Origin: Massalongia carnosa
Lineage: Eukaryota
Assembly: GCA_965645245.1 (NCBI GenBank)
Contig: OZ287088.1
Span: forward strand, 868,001-932,000
Direction: 5' to 3'
Length of the DNA stretch: 64,000 nt
Made by a program: the position numbers and the translations under genes. The notes under the pieces are model-generated. The model did no database searches. It was given only the letters and a program-made list of their open reading frames with translations, and was not told where the DNA came from. This document shows, in pieces, positions 37,600 to 50,179 of the stretch. Each line of letters starts with the position of its first letter. Positions within the stretch are counted from its first letter, which is position 1.

Positions 37600-38706
37600 C
37601 CCGTCTTGTCATTTGAAAATAAGCAAGGGTTTGCAGCGATAGACGCCATCAGCAGAAACATATATCATCAATATAGATTGTCTGTAGTCTCGGCTGGATC
37701 GATGAGTTTTTACTCATACCGTTTTAGCACCGTTGAAATCGTAGCACTGTCCCTGAAGAAATTCGTAGGTATTCTAAGTTTGATCCATGTTGCCAATGTC
37801 ACAAATTCGATACCTGCCTCCTCAATACAAAGGAATCTGATGTTAAAATAGTTGAGACTTAAGACAATTGAATTGCAGCCAGCTTTCAATATTAGCGCGA
37901 AAATTCTCTAGCACCTTTGCATCAGATCGGGTAAGTCAAAATGTTTCATGTTGTTTCAATGAATGATTTACCTGTTGGGCTTTTTTGGTTGGAGTTCTGA
38001 CAGCTATACTCGTTCGACGTTTAAACCTATCAAACCAGCCATCAGACAATTTGAACCCGTTATATTCAGTCACCTTATCGGTCTCTTTGATCACACTATG
38101 AGGATACATTTCGGCGTACAATTTGCGTCCTTGACGAATAAACCAACGTTTGTTGATTTTACGCCCAGATAATCGAGCTTCTTGGAACAATTTCTAAAGA
38201 CTATTTTCCAGCTCAGGTTCTTGACAGGAATCTCCTTTACTTTCTTTTCGTCTACCTCTAGAAAGTGTTTCAATATGTGTCTTCGTTTTAATCTACCATC
38301 TTAACATAGCAGTAGTAATCTCGAGATTCGCCACTGCAGCATATTTACTGATAAGTTTTAAACCTCCATCCTATTACTGCTTACAGGTAGTCTCTGCATA
38401 ACTAACAGCAGCTAATTTCTGCTCTCTGGTGTAGGAAATATGTCGTCGCACCTCATCCTCGTCATCGGGAGCATTGTCGATTAAATTGTGACCTTTCCCC
38501 TCGCGATAAAGACGAAACTGTTCCAGAATCTGAGTCTCCTGATCGCCAGAAAAAGAGGTTGGTACGGTGGGCATGGAAGGCTGAATATACACGTTCTTTG
38601 AAATTCGGGCCTGATTTATGCTACGAAGACTTGAAGAATTCACAGCAGGCCCAAGACGAGGTTGTTTTGAAGCTTGCAGAAGATTCTGAGTATGAGGAGG
38701 AGCCAT
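37600..38706 (-). pseudogene. Decayed pogo-like (CENP-B-type HTH) transposase, N-terminal part
   Basis: SYTREQKLAAV and FKLSDGWFDRFKRR motifs in fragmented frames. Confidence 0.7.
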
Positions 38707-39209
38707 AATAACAAGAATTTTATGAATTGCTGATGAACTGAGTCAAAAACGATGTTTTTGTAGATCAAAAATGCACGAAGTTTAGCAGGGTGCACGATGC
38801 AGGTTTAGTACGTGCTTATAGGGGCTGACTAATGCTACCTCGCCCATTAAACCCCCCCTATATGAAAGACCCTATAGCCTATAAAACCCTGTCCCAAATG
38901 ACCTCCGGGCGATTAATTGACCCATAAGACCAGGGTTTTATCTGTCAAATAATTCGGTAGCCTGCTTTGTACATTCTAACAGTCTTGCGCGCAGCCAGGC
39001 GGTAGCAGAGAAGACTGTAGTCATAAGGAGGTGGGCGAGTGCGGGTATGATAAGCCAAGACAAGAAGCTGACAACAAAGGTGCCTTTATCAAGGTCATCT
39101 TAGCCCCTTCCTCATGTCTATCGTCATCCTGTTCACGACTCCTCTGTCTATCGCTTTATGCATTTCTGTATACTATTTTGTTTGTCTTCTACCTTTCTGT
39201 GTACGGGTA

Positions 39210-40543
39210 CAGTCCCGTGTCAAAAGTTTCCGACTCTAACCGCGATTTTCGTTATTTCGCGTTTTAACCTACCAACTCATCAATTTTGACCTCATCATTT
39301 CACCATGCCACGCACTCCGTTGACTTCAATTACTGGAAAGAAGCCTCGAAATACCGAATTGAATCAATGTCAAAGAGGTATGATTATTGGAGCCCAGGCG
39401 TTGGGGCATGCACGGGCCGAAATTGCAAAGACATTAAATGTGCCTCGAACCACCGTCATTTACACTCTTCAAAAGCACCCAGAATGCAACAACGAAAAGT
39501 CCAAATCGCGATCGGGTCGGCCTGGAATACTTTCGAACCGCGATCGAAGACGTATCATCAAACTTGCGCGAATCAATCCACGCATCACCTACGCGCAGCT
39601 GCGTACGGAGGTTGAGGTATAATGTAGTCTATCTACTCTCTATCGGACGCTAAAAGACTATGGTCAAATAAACTGGCTGGTTAAAAAGCGACCTTTATTG
39701 ACGCCCGAGGTGGCAAAGAAGAGACTGGACTGGTGCTTGCTTCGGCTTGAGTGGAATTTTGAGCAGTGGTTAAAAATAATATAGTCAGACGAGTGCTCGG
39801 TGGAAAAGGGGTCAGGAAAACAGCGTCAATGGGTATTCAGGTTTCCGGACGAAAAATAGAAAAGACCTATGATACAACCGTACGGCAACGGAAAAGAGGT
39901 TAAGGTCATGGTATTGGGGGCTTTTTGGGGGGGGGGAGGTCGGATCTTTACAAATTGGCCCGCGATTTCGAGGCAAATAAGATAGGGTACTCCGCGAATT
40001 CATATTTGGACTTATTGAACGATTATCTGCTTGGAATTTGGGAACCAGGTCTCATTTTCATGCAAGATAATGCCCCATTCACACTGCCAAAAAAGTAAAG
40101 AAATGGTTCGATGAAAACGGTATAACAGTTATCGATTGGCCCCCTTATTCTCCTGATTTGAATCCCATCAAGCACGTTTGGTACGTACTCAAAAACCTTG
40201 TCTACCAGGTCAATCCGGACATCGACTCGGTGACTGGTGGTGATAATAGGGTCCGCGAGGTACTTTGGAAAGCTTTTGAAGAAGCATGGGCCTTGATAGA
40301 TGAGGAAATGCTGAAGAGTTTAGTAGACAGCATGGAAAGGAGGACTGAAGCTTGCATCCAGTCAAAAGGATGGTATACGAAATATTAAAAATATATTTCT
40401 CAGCGCAATGTGATTACTATAATATATGTAATTATCGTACGAAGTTTCAAGATATCAAAATAACAACTTGATAGTTGATAATTCAAAGCAGTGGGGGGGT
40501 AAAATGTTGATAGGGGCTGTCGGAAACTTTTGACCTAGTACTG
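39210..40543 (+). mobile_element. Tc1-like DD34E element with inactivated transposase (39305-40388)
   Basis: 25-bp TIR CAGT...GTCAAAAGTTTCCGAC; TA TSD; RSGRP, (W)SDE, MQDNAP, WPPYSPDLNPI(E>K); stops and frameshifts. Confidence 0.92.
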
Positions 40544-40629
40544 TAAATATGGTTTAGCCTAAGGGAGGAAGGTAAAGCTTTGAGTTTAGAAAAAATATAT
40601 ATTTACCGTTGCTACTACTGCACATTGTG

Positions 40630-41340
40630 GATGCCGTGCGGGTTGCTGGTTGGGCTATTGTTCTCACTTCATCTCTGTAGAACTCTAGCTCCCTGATCTT
40701 GTGTTCCTCATCAAGTAACTTGTGAAGTTCCTTCTTGACTCGATCAGCATCTTCGGCTAATGTACAGAGCCCTCGGAAAGACTGGCCTGTGATCATAAGT
40801 TGTGTCTTTCCGGACTTCGTCGTCAAATAAACCTTTCACGAATGCTTTCATGATTACATCCAAGGTGGCGGATTCAAAAAGAAAAAGCGCAGCTAAGCCT
40901 GCTGTCGGACGATCCCTGGCCCAAGCACGAAGCATGAGGGCTGTGTTTATAATAGGAGGTAATGGGCTCATCGGGCTTTCGCTTCAGCTCACTAAGTTCC
41001 ATATCGAAACTCACCGTGAAGGAGTCAATGGATCTTGCAAGGAATCTTTCCTGTAATAAATTCCGGAAGGCAAGGGCAGTCTCCGCAGTGAGCTCCTTGT
41101 CTGCGAGGAGGCGAGCGGCATCCGGGTTTGTTACTGCCCACTCGGCAGCTTCGTCCGTGAGCAGTAGGTTGATGCATTCTAGAAGTGTTGCTGGAGGGAC
41201 CGCACCATTCACCCGATGCGGGGTAAGCTCATATTCATAACTTCGTCATCTTGCAAGAGGTCTCGCAAATAGTCTTGGAGTCTGTCAGTGCTCTTGAATT
41301 TTCGTAGCTGAAGAGTGAAATCGCCAACTGTGGTGAGCAT
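40630..41340 (-). pseudogene. Retrotransposon gag-like fragment
   Basis: LTDEAAEW...LQERF...LKRKPDEPITSYY; frameshifted. Confidence 0.55.
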
Positions 41341-43199
41341 TGTTAGAATTCAAAATTCGGTTGTGTTGTAGTAAATTGATCGAAGAACACGACCTGTTAT
41401 GCCTTGCAATAGAAAATTAGCAACAACGCTAGATACAAATAGTCAAACACTTCGGTTTAACCCTCGAATATTCTCCAAAAAGTTAGTTCTTAATAACTGC
41501 ATCTTTCCCTTGTATTGTATCATATCAGGGGTATGGACGCACTCACAACATCTAACTCCAAACACTTTGCCCGGATGACAAGAATTGTTTTTACTTTGCC
41601 GTCTCGGCCTACATGATTATTTTTTGTCAAAGGGAATGAAGGGGTAGAATCGGGATCGATAGATATACAGAGAATGACAGGCACTACACGATATTTCTCA
41701 AGCTGTACGATTGATCACATCCTGTGATGTCAGCGCTGGCAGGTAAATAGATATATTCGTATTTATCTCGATTTGCAACACGCTAGAATTTACTACGGCA
41801 AAACGACTCAAAAAGTATGGGAATATGACTATTATATCTACTCTCGGGTACTTACTAATTAATGTAACATTAGGTACCTCTTATAGGTGCCTGGCAGGCA
41901 CCCGTGGGACTCTCGATGGATGCATATTGATGGTAGCCTGACTATTCAATTGATGGTAGCCTCACCATTTAATATGATCAAATATCTGATTCGAAGCTTA
42001 GAGCCTCCAGGATGGATTAACAATATGAGACTGCCAACTGCCTTCGAAAACTATTCTAGCAATCAGATATTTCAAATCTCTAATCTTAACAATCAATCAT
42101 CTTCCCATTGTTCTTAGTTTCATTAGACGTTCATTCCAATGTTTCCTTTCTCTGTTTCAAAAGGCGAGTAGCCAAGTATTGAAGGATTCCCATAGGGTTA
42201 AAGCCTCTCGGGACATGATAACTACGTTTTAGCTTGTTTATCAGGGTATCTGAGCAGTAAAACCACACTTTGTAAAAGTATAATTGCTGTCTAAATGTTA
42301 GAGCTGAAACTATCCTTTCCCCTTTTCTTCTTGGAGGATCGGAGTTGGAGATGCAGCATAACAAAGCGGTGTAGCGATATTGATTCCCTACTAGTGAAAC
42401 GCAGCCACCTTGTGTTTATTGCTATTCTAGTGTTTGGGTAAAGTCCTGACCCTAGGGTGTGGCATGATACCGTTCGTGCGCCGTCCCCGCCGGGTACGGA
42501 GCCGGAACGGGTAGGCTACGGGGTCCATAGACGCTGTAGATGCGAACCCTGGGGTCAAGACATACTCCATCTATCTAAGCGACGGACTGTATAGGAGAGG
42601 GCGGGTGGGAGAAACAGCGAAACACGATTTTTGACGAGTGTTGATGAGGAAAGAGAGAAGAGATGGGGGGATAGAGGAGGTGAAGAGTTTTTCACCTCCC
42701 TGCTAGCGTCCGGCCCTATCCCACTTACACGCGTGATGCCTTCCGTCACGGTGACAACTTCACTAGCCCCCAGCAAGCTGGTGCGTTTTGTAGAAGTATG
42801 AGGTTATTCATTTTGTTATATTTATAATTCTATGACTTTCTACTTCTAAGGTCTAAAATTATATAAGTCCAGGATGCGTGCCGCTTACCGGAATAGGTCT
42901 ACTGTTATACGTGACTATAATAATTTCTAGCGCCATAGGTTGGTCTCTAATACTATTTTACGTACCTATATATTAAGACAGGAGAGCTACGACCTTAGTC
43001 TTCATGATTCGGGCATGAAAGCACTTACGCTTCCATGTCTTACCCATCTTGGAACTATGTCGCCGGCAATGAATAGAAACCTTCATACTCACAACAACTC
43101 TTCAACGATGATTACACGAGAGTTTTCTTCTATGATAACGCACAACCCAACCACACTCCCACCGCCCCTATTCAATCATCTATAAGTACAACCACCTTC

Positions 43200-43400
43200 T
43201 CTAGACAATCAAAACCTGCGAAGCGACGAATTATGACGAGAGCAAAGCAGGTGCGTTCTGATGGATTGATCAATAAAAATTATTTACTTATCGTATTAGG
43301 CATGTGATACTTGTTGTCACTTGAAAAAGAGAAGATGCGACGAGAAAAACCCCGAATGCGGCTCCTGTCAAAAAGATTGACAACTCTGTACCTATGACAA
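43200..43400 (+). pseudogene. Zn(II)2Cys6 binuclear cluster relic with an in-frame stop
   Basis: Intron 43251-43299 gives RIMTRAKQ|ACDTCCHLKKRRCDEKNPECGSCQKD*QLCTY. Confidence 0.75.
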
Positions 43401-43704
43401 GAGTGCATCCGACAACTACAAGTTCTCGCATTTTTTCTTGTGTTATACTTACATTCGAAGGTCAGATTATGGGATCAGAGATATCAAAAGGTGATTATGT
43501 TCCCAACAACACGAAATAGAAGAATTGAAAAAGATGACTAGCAAATTGAAATCGGAGCATGATAAAACCATACAGATGTTAAAGGATAGGAATGGACTTG
43601 AATCAAAGTATGTCAGTCAAGAAAGCTGAGGATGTATAATATTAATATCTTATAATCTTTTCTTAAAACGCGATAGAGGTATGTTTGACACTTGATTTAT
43701 ATTT

Positions 43705-43827
43705 TTTGAATAGGTATATGGCTATGTAGCAATAAAGATATGTATGACCATAATGTTAAGGATAAAGAGTTGCTATGCAGCAGTATTTTCCTATTACTGG
43801 TCACCCCCTAATAGTTAAGTGAGGTGA
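43705..43827. mobile_element. Diverged fragment of the Copia-family LTR, cut by a Tc1-like insertion
   Basis: AATAGGTATATG...GTTAAGGATAAAGAGT...GTGAGGTGAT matches the LTR at 25064. Confidence 0.65.
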
Positions 43828-43829
43828 TA

Positions 43830-45155
43830 CACCCTGGCACGCGGGTGAAAAAAAAGATGCAACGTGGGCCGAGGTTAACCCCTGATTACCCCACCAAAAA
43901 ATCCTAAATAATCAACAAAATCACGTACTTTCAACTACATCATGCCTTCTAAACGTGGTGCTATTCACTATGATACTTCTCTGAAGGCTAAAGTTCAAGA
44001 TGCGCATCAATATCTTTCTGCTACAGGAATTTCACACGACGTGCGCGATATTTTCAAAGACTTTGGTGTCAGATCCGAAAGAGGAGGATATAAAATGCTG
44101 GAAGAGGGAGTATCGTCACGAAAGTAATATTATATTTCAGAAATAAATGACACTCGAGGTCGCAAATCAAAAGTCACTAGAGAACAAGTGCGAGAGGCTG
44201 ATCAAATTCTACAACAAAGTAATTTAGAGCTCGAAGGAAAGAGATATACTTGGGAACAAATTGCAACGGAGGTAGAAGCTGAAGTGGTAGGACGAACCAT
44301 GCATAATATTCTTCGAAAAGCTTTGGATTATGAGAAATGCCTGGCCTGCGTGAAAGGATGGCTTGATGAGACTCCTATGGAACGAAGAATTGAATATGCT
44401 TCGGTAATGAAAGCAAGATATCCCAAATCAGAAGACTTGTATCGAGTTCGATTCAGCGACTAAGTGCACTTCGGACACGGTCCCGAAGGTCAATTGTGGA
44501 TAGTTCGTCAGCCTAGTACTCGATATCGCTAGGATTGTATTCAGCATCGTGATCCTCTACCCGAAAAGACTAGAAAACGAATGCATTGCTGGACTGCAGT
44601 CGGGTTCAATTTCAAATCTAATATCATATTTTACGATGTTCCGGGCAACAGCAATGGTAAAATGACTCATCAGGTCTACATCGACTCCATTCTCGAACCT
44701 GTAGTCAAGCCGTGGCTTGACAGAGACGACGACTTCGTTTTGGAAGAAGATGGGGACTCCGGACACGGCACCGGTAGAACGAGAAATGCTGTGAAAAAAA
44801 AGAAGGAGGATCATCGTTTGGAGCATTATTTCAATTGTGCATCATCACCCGATTTGTCCCCCATTGAAAACTGCTGGCAACCGATTAAACAGCATGTTCG
44901 TAAATATCCACATTGGGATGATGAAACTTAGAAAGAACTGATTCGGGCTGGTTGGGACCGTGTTTCTCAGGAGTTTATAAATGAACGTATTCGTTCCATG
45001 CCTAAACGACAGCAAAGTATGATTGATAGTCACAGTTCAATGGCTGGCTATTAAACATGTAAATAATAATATTTTGATAAATTTTATGGGAAAGTTTTTG
45101 TTGGTGTGATCAGGGGTTAACCTCGGCCCACGTTGCATCTTTTTTTTTCACCCGC
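43830..45155 (+). mobile_element. Tc1-like element with DD38E spacing, inactivated; right TIR tip missing
   Basis: TIR match about 43841-43887 versus 45109-45155; transposase 43942-45054 with RFSD, EEDGD...SPDLSPIENCW and several stops. Confidence 0.85.
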
Positions 45156-45904
45156 TCAAAAGTTTCCGCGATTAAGCGGGATTTCCTAATTTTCGTGTCG
45201 CAATTTCATCAACCAATTCATTTGTAAAAATCCTACTACCTTGGTACAAACACCTTTAGCTACCATATCTGCAAATCGTGTTCCCAAGACTGACTCCTTA
45301 TCAAAGAGGAACTTTAGTGGGAGCAGCTAGTTTGGGAGCCTCTGGAGTTCGCGAATCAACAGTCGGGTACATTCTCGCTCAGGCCTCATGACGTAAGAGA
45401 TCCGGTCGTCCCAAATCAATCAGTGACCGCGATGAACGTCATATAATAAGAACTGCACACTTCGAGCCCAGCCCAAAATAACCAACAGGGAACTGATAGA
45501 AAAGACTGGGGTCAAATTTTATCGTAAAACGATCTACCGAGTCCTCAAAGAGTAACTATGGCATAATCAATTGGCTGGCAAAAAAGCGGCGAAAAGATAT
45601 GCATGGTGCTAGGACCGACGGGACTGGACTTAAGACGAGTGGAAGTTAATGTTTGGTAGAGCGAGGCACAGGAAAATGTCGGGATTGGGAGATGATTCAG
45701 CCATACAAGAAAGGAAAAGATGTCAGCGTCATGGTTTGGGCTGCCTTTTGGGGGAATGGTCGCTCTAATCTGGTGAAATTGTCTCGTGATTTAACTGCCC
45801 AGCGAGGTTACTCCGCTAACTAACTCCTATCTACAAATTTTGGACGAAAATCTTCGAGGAATTTGGGAATCGGGTCTCACGTTCATGCAGGACAATGCGT
45901 CCAT
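45156..45904 (+). pseudogene. Heavily deleted Tc1 relic related to 39210-40543
   Basis: Starts TCAAAAGTTTCCG; colinear motifs (VMVWAAFWG, FMQDNA); cut by an LTR at 45905. Confidence 0.7.
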
Positions 45905-46358
45905 TGTAAACCATAACTCTAGTATATCAAAAAATATTTAGGTAGAAGGGGTTATTTATTAGTTAAGAGATTTTATCCTCTCCAAAATGTACGCTCAGCC
46001 TAACTGAGCAGTCACGAACCGCCTAACACATTCTAGTTTAGGCTCGCCCTAAAACCGCATGCTCTTGCATAGTCTAGCTAAACAACGGGCATTTCGTACG
46101 TCAACTGCATTCCCTCTGTCACTTGACTCATGGTGCTTTTCGACTTATTGTTAACTGGTAAGATGCTCGTCATAGTGGATAGATAGATGGATAGATGCTG
46201 ATCCTGGATATAGGATAGAGTGAGTACTGGATGGATGCTAGATGGAAGCTGGATAGATGAATGCTGGGTAGATGCTGGAAGGATGGCTCCCACGAACGAA
46301 CGAACGAATCGATGGAAAAGTTCGCTAATCTTAATCCGCATCTATGTCAAGCTCCACA
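45905..46358 (-). mobile_element. Probable 3' LTR of a decayed minus-strand LTR retrotransposon
   Basis: TG...CA block followed by TGCCTTCTATCCCCCCTTG, a polypurine tract on the minus strand. Confidence 0.55.
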
Positions 46359-46406
46359 TGCCTTCTATCCCCCCTTGAACGATACGGGTTTTTTGCAAGG
46401 GAGGTA

Positions 46407-48575
46407 GAAGATTTCCCGAGGAAATGCCGCACCCGACGAAATGCCGCATCTTCTCACTTTCCAACCATTACTTTCAGACATGAATAAATCCACCCTCAAC
46501 GCTCGTATCGAGCTCGCAATTGCTGATCTGAATCAGCAAGATCAGCCTAACCTCAGGGGGACAGCTAAAAGGTTTAGCCTAGTCGAAAGTACCCTCCGGA
46601 GGCGCTGGAAAGGCCAAACGGTGTCCCAAAAGGCAGCCGCGTCAAAATACAAGCAACGACTTACCTTGGCCCAGGAAGAGGCCTTAATTCAGCAAATCAA
46701 TCGCCTTGTCGATCGTGGACTGCCCCCAACCGCCAGAATTGTACGAAACCTAGCGGAGGAGGTGATAGGAGGGCCTGTAGGGAAGAACTGGACAGGGGAT
46801 TTTGTCCGCCGATACAAGGATAGGCTTAAAAGTCTTTATCTTCGAAATATGGATAGCCAGCGTATAAAATCTGAGTATCCGCCTTTATTTAAGCAATTCT
46901 ACGATTTGGTAGCGTGTTAACTACCCATTCCTATTTGTTGAATATTAATTATGATCGAAAATAACTAATGTTTCTATTAGCTAATCGCCGGTGTCGAAAA
47001 ATACAATATCACGAGGGAAAACCTTTACAATTGGGACGAAAAGGGCTTTGTGATTGGCCAAGCAAGCGCCATGCAACGTATCATGTCGCTAGAGGCCCTT
47101 GAATCAGGGCGGATCACACATGCAAGCCAGGACGGGAATAGGGAGTTTATCAGCCTCCTTGCTTGTATCGGGGCCGACGGAACCGCTTTACCTCCTGCCT
47201 TGATCTATAAAGGCGACTCTGGCATACTCCAGGATACATGGGTTGAGGATGTAAATCCTAATGACGAGGCGTTCTTTGCAGTATCGGCGAAAGGATGGAG
47301 TTGTGATATCCTTGGCCTAAATTGGCTAGAGCAGGTTTTTCAGCGTTATACGAAGCAAAAGGCTAGAAATAGAAGACGTTTACTGATAGTAGACGGTCAT
47401 TCTAGCCACGTGAATCTTAAGTTTATCGATAAATGCGATAACTTACGTATTCTTCTCCTGATTCTACCTTCGCACTCTACGCATCGTTTACAGCCTCTGG
47501 ACGTTTCTCTATTCGCGCCGTTAGCAACGTTCTATACCAATGGGCTGAATAGACTAATGTTCGAGAGTCTAGGCATGATAAACATGTCAAAAAGAGCCTT
47601 TTGGAGCGTTTTCTTCCCTGCATGGCAGCAGGCATTTTCGGAGGAAAAAATTACTTCTGCCTTCGAAAAAACCGGTATTTGGCCTTACAATCCGAGCCTT
47701 ATACTAAATGTTATCACACCACAGATAATCGAGGCTCCTTCTCAGTCGCCAAAAACACCAATGACAAGCCGTGCTATTCGCCGTACGCAGCGAGCGTACG
47801 ATATTGCGCCTACAAATTTATTACTAGCAAAGATCTTCCGGGCTAACGAACGCCTTGCTGCCCAGGACTCTATCAACAAATACGTGATCAAAGGGCTCTG
47901 CAATACCCTTCAGGACGAAAAGAAGAGGAGGAAGAGAGGTAAACGGCTTAATTTAGTTGGGGAAGAGGACTCAGGCCCTCAATTCTTTAGTCCTAGGCGA
48001 GTACAGGCTGCCAGGGAATTTCAAGCAGCAAAAGAGGAAGAAGAAGCACAACGCCAGCTAGATATTAGCGAGAAGCGACGACAAGCTACTGCTAATAGGT
48101 TACAGAAAGAAGAGGAGAAGCTAGAAAAGGTAGCAATCGCTCTAGAGAAGCGGCGATTGACTGCAGAAGCAAAGGTAGCAAAGGCCGCTGAGAAGCAGGC
48201 TCAGAAGGAGTTACGTAAAACAGCAAACAGATATCCTAAGGGACAGCTCGGGCAGCAGAAGCAGTATACAGGGTCTAATAAAGTTCAAAAGACTCGAAAG
48301 AAGAAGGTAAAGCCGCCTACTCGTGTTATTATCGCTAAAGAGGTAGAGGAGGTGGTTTTAACTACCTCGACTGGAAGAAGGGTCCAGCGCCCAGGGCGTT
48401 TTGCTATGTAAGGTTTTTAAGGTCGGATATCGTGTATATACTTTCTATTTATACTATATTTAATACACATTCCATTAATCGTTGTAGTTGTTGATCAACG
48501 ACGAAAACAATATTCTAATGCCGAATTGTAAAGTGCGGCATTTCGCCGGGCGCGGCATTTCCTCGGGAAATCTTC
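46407..48575 (+). mobile_element. Intact Fot1/pogo-family DNA transposon (2169 bp)
   Basis: ~42-bp TIR GAAGATTTCCCGAGGAAATGCCGC with an internal GAAATGCCGC direct repeat; TA TSD. Confidence 0.95.
46480..48411 (+). CDS. pogo/Fot1 DD35D transposase, 619 aa (exons 46480-46908 and 46981-48411)
   Basis: 72-nt intron with ACTAAT branch site; HTH region; YNWDEKGF, IVDGHSSH, LQPLDV with 35-residue spacing. Confidence 0.93.
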
Positions 48576-49963
48576 TACGGGGGTGATGACTTTTATGCGG
48601 AAAACCTTGCTCAAGGCTATAGATACGTATATTGGGCTCGATTCGTATAGTCAGAAAGCTGAAAATCAGACAGATCGCACGCAAACAGACTGCCAGAACG
48701 TCCGAGCCTATTACGAATAGTTACGCCTTCTTAGAATCGTTAACGTCGTATGTCAAGGTATAAAGGGGAACTTTTTGAAAAAAATATCCCAATGAAATGG
48801 GTTAGGATAATTAAAGAGAACCTCGACATTAAGAAGTCAGATAGCCAGTCTTGGAGCCTTTCCTCTTTCCAAACAGCGTTTATAGATCGTTGCCAAGGCC
48901 TACTGAATCAGAAACCTCTATGTGGTGCAAGCTATTAAATACCTCTTCGGAGGTGGCCAATATCTGATCATCTCCCTATTTGCCCCACTCGCCATCCACT
49001 ATCATCAGCACCCACGCCCTCCTCCTTCATCATCTTATACTGTAAACGCATCGCGATTCTAGTACGTCTTCGAAGTCGCGCGCCAAGAGCAAAGGATTGA
49101 TGACGTTTGGAGGAGGTGATTTGAGAGATTAATAAGCCCGATTGGGGGGGGGCGCTGCAATCATATTTGATGCGAATGTCGTCGGGGTCATATGAAATAT
49201 AAATTCACTTTTTAGGTATAGTAGCATGATTGTCATTGAAGATGTGGATTATATGTGAGCTATCTACTTATTGGATAGCAGTTATATTTAAGACCTTTCG
49301 GCGACCCTTTTCATAAGAAGTCAGCCGGTCCACTGAAGCTCGGCCCCCGGAGGTCACTCCGGTCCCCGTAGTAGAGTCGCCGAAGATAAGTACTAGATGA
49401 ATGCCTATGATGGTAGTCCTTACCATCTGACAATAAAAATAAAGTATATAATACCTGATTCAAATAACTTACTTGAAGGGGTGATATATTGATATATATC
49501 ATAGCTATCTCGCGACGACGACGTGACATAATTAAGAAATGAGAAACATGCGCGGGTACTCCTACTGCCCTTAAGATTCCTTTCATGTGCTCCCATTATG
49601 CTTATCCTTTGTTCCCACCCTGCTTCACACTACACGAGATCGATTTAATGCGTTCATGGCGATCACGCTTGTGAATGAGCTCATCATCCTTCGAATATAG
49701 AATTAAATAGATCTTTGACTGTTTTCCACTTTGAGCTCATTTCTCTCTTCACTTGACTTCTCAATTATCCCCAATCCCTCATCTTCTGTATCCATTTCCT
49801 CGTCTGATATACTCTAATATATCTCCGCTATATCTTGTACTTTCGTGCCAACATTTCTCGCTGCTAGTTGACATGATTGACAATTTGAAATGTATATATT
49901 ATCATGAAGATTTCTATATGTATTTTTTCGAGTGCTTTGAAGCCGAATGATGTACAAACTTCT

Positions 49964-50175
49964 TGTCAGGGTCCTCGTAGGTGCTGCACTGTTGGTCCGA
50001 CCTCGCCGGTCACGGAACAACGTGACTCACCTAATCAATAGCGCGCGACGCATGAGTAACTAGCTAGCGCGCCAGGATGGATTTTGTTTAGGAGCTCAGC
50101 GACGATTATTCTTTTCTTTCTTTCCTTGTAGTTTAAATTCTAGTTCAAAATAATATCAGGGCCAGCTGCCTGACA
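49964..50175. mobile_element. Solo LTR related to the Gypsy LTR at 13250-13455
   Basis: TGTCAGGGTCC...CAGCTGCCTGACA; 3' half strongly similar; flanks do not match. Confidence 0.8.
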
Positions 50176-50179
50176 GCCT

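Noticed and set aside
42420..42800. GC-rich LTR-like block
   Set aside because: No matching termini, TSD or second copy could be established
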